Part shown: positions 30,801-32,000 of the stretch, in pieces | Position numbering within the stretch: the stretch's first letter is position 1 | Layout: the number at the start of each line of letters is the position of its first letter | From: Promethearchaeum syntrophicum | GTDB taxonomy: Archaea; Asgardarchaeota; Lokiarchaeia; Sigyniarchaeales; Promethearchaeaceae | Length of the DNA: 32,000 nucleotides | Direction of reading: 5' to 3' | NCBI RefSeq assembly: GCF_008000775.2 | Contig: NZ_CP042905.2 | Location: 60,001-92,000, forward strand | The notes under the pieces: model-generated | Seen by the model: the letters and a program-made list of their open reading frames with translations, nothing else | What the model was told of the DNA's origin: nothing | The model's database searches: none | Made by a program: the position numbers and the translations under genes

Positions 30801-30918
30801 ATGAACAGAAACAGATTTGAAGAAATTGTAGGTTTGATATAGATAGGGGTAGTAGAAAGATATTGAAGTAATGTTGGTACGGTTTGTAGAGCAAGGCTTT
30901 GTCGTGGGCTTTTAACTT
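30765..30918 (+). repeat. Copy B of the direct repeat found at 26209..26372
   Basis: Exact shared blocks: GTTGGGGTGAGATGTTAGAATATT, GACAGACATCACATGAAC, GAAACAGATTTGAAGAAAT, GGCTTTGTCGTGGGCTTTTAACTT. Confidence 0.9.
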
Positions 30919-31139
30919 CTTTATTTAATTTAAATATTTATATTGTTAATTTGAGTAATATTTGTTAAATTTTAATTACAGTCTTTTTTCTCTCTACATT
31001 TAATTTTTACTTTCAGTGACCTAAGGTAAATCTTTTTGATCGCCAAATTTTTTAGCAATAAATCGCCGATTCGTTAAATTTAATTACTCAAACTTTATAT
31101 AATATACGGAGACAAAAATTAGTAAATGGGATTCAAGGA

Positions 31140-32000
31140 ATGAAAAAACGCACTAAAAAATCTTCTGTAAAAACAACTAGACATCAAAGAAATCCCGTAA
31201 AATACCCAGGTATAGTAATAAAAAATGGACATTTGACGATTCTCCCCGAGAATATCAAAAATCTGAAATTTCTCGAAATTATGAATTTAAGTAATAAACG
31301 GTTAACATCACTCCCAGAAAATATCGGAGATCTAAGATCTCTAAAAAATTTAGATTTATCAGATAATCAGTTAACAAAACTCCCGGAAAGCATCGGAAAT
31401 CTAACATCTCTAAAAATTTTAGATTTATCAGATAACCAGATAACAAAACTCCCGGAAAGCATCGGAAATCTAACATCTCTAAAAATTTTAGATTTATCAG
31501 ATAACCAGATAACAAAACTCCCAGAAAGCATTGGAAATTTGAAATCACTTGAAAAGTTGAATTTACGAGGTTTTCAGATACCGACACTTCCGTATGAGAT
31601 TGAAAATCTGAAAATATCCGAAATGATAAATTTAAGACACAAATGGTTAATATCGCTCCCAGAAAGCATCGGAAATCTAACATCTCTAAAAAATTTAGAT
31701 TTATCTTATAATCAATTAACCAAACTCCCAGAAAGCATCGGAAACCTGAAATCACTTGAAAAGTTGAATTTATATGCTAATCGAATAAAAACACTACCGG
31801 AAAGTATTGGAAATCTATCTTCTCTAAGAGATTTAAATTTATCACTCTTATTTTTTAATTCACTACCGAAAAGCTTAGGAAATTTGAAATTACTCGAAAA
31901 TTTGGAATTATCATCTAATGTATTACCTTTTCTTCCAGAGGAGATCGGAAATCTAACATCTTTACAAAGTTTAGATTTAACATCTAATCAGTTAACAACC
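31140..32000 (+). CDS. Leucine-rich-repeat protein, 23-aa repeats, continues beyond window; absent from the supplied track
   Basis: ATG at 31140 stays open for 287 codons to position 32000: MKKRTKKSSVKTTRHQRNPVKYPG...LPESIGNLTSLKILDLSDNQITK repeats. Confidence 0.9.
   Translation, partial: MKKRTKKSSVKTTRHQRNPVKYPGIVIKNGHLTILPENIKNLKFLEIMNLSNKRLTSLPENIGDLRSLKNLDLSDNQLTKLPESIGNLTSLKILDLSDNQITKLPESIGNLTSLKILDLSDNQITKLPESIGNLKSLEKLNLRGFQIPTLPYEIENLKISEMINLRHKWLISLPESIGNLTSLKNLDLSYNQLTKLPESIGNLKSLEKLNLYANRIKTLPESIGNLSSLRDLNLSLLFFNSLPKSLGNLKLLENLELSSNVLPFLPEEIGNLTSLQSLDLTSNQLTT
31381..31518 (+). repeat. Two exact tandem 69-bp units within the LRR gene
   Basis: tcccggaaagcatcggaaatctaacatctctaaaaattttagatttatcagataaccagataacaaaac repeated head-to-tail at 31381 and 31450. 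Confidence 0.93.

Noticed and set aside
26209-30918. Classical transposon or integrase-carrying element between the repeats
   Set aside because: No transposase, integrase or recombinase ORF is present between the copies; mobility is only a hypothesis.
31279-31755. 158-aa minus-strand ORF
   Set aside because: Antisense to a clear LRR reading frame; its apparent repeats are mirror products of the LRR DNA repeats.

Overview
The window reads as an AT-rich Asgard-type archaeal chromosome (Heimdall/Loki-like; this is inferred from gene content, not from a search). Supported content: (1) nearly the whole archaeal CoA/4'-phosphopantothenate branch spread over about 19 kb (mfnA-type decarboxylase, panB, panE, pantoate kinase, phosphopantothenate synthetase); (2) information-processing genes: TFB, SUI1/eIF1, aRF1, archaeal UMP kinase, and a 47-aa RNA polymerase subunit P missing from the supplied ORF track; (3) eukaryote-like genes: a Rab/Ras-type GTPase, an Arf/Rag-like GTPase with a C-terminal extension, and a candidate profilin with an unusual C-terminal extension, located between a polyproline-rich protein and a membrane protein with a possible gelsolin-like N-terminus; (4) a tRNA-Leu(CAA) with a 48-nt intron in the D-loop; (5) a solitary 23S rRNA with no 16S or 5S beside it; (6) an accessory region after the 23S with a 53-bp tandem repeat array, a large LRR protein built from two tandem modules, a second LRR gene running off the window with exact 69-bp internal repeats, and an approx. 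155-165-bp direct repeat linking the 3' flank of the 23S gene to a site 4.5 kb away. No CRISPR, transposase or classical defence system was seen.
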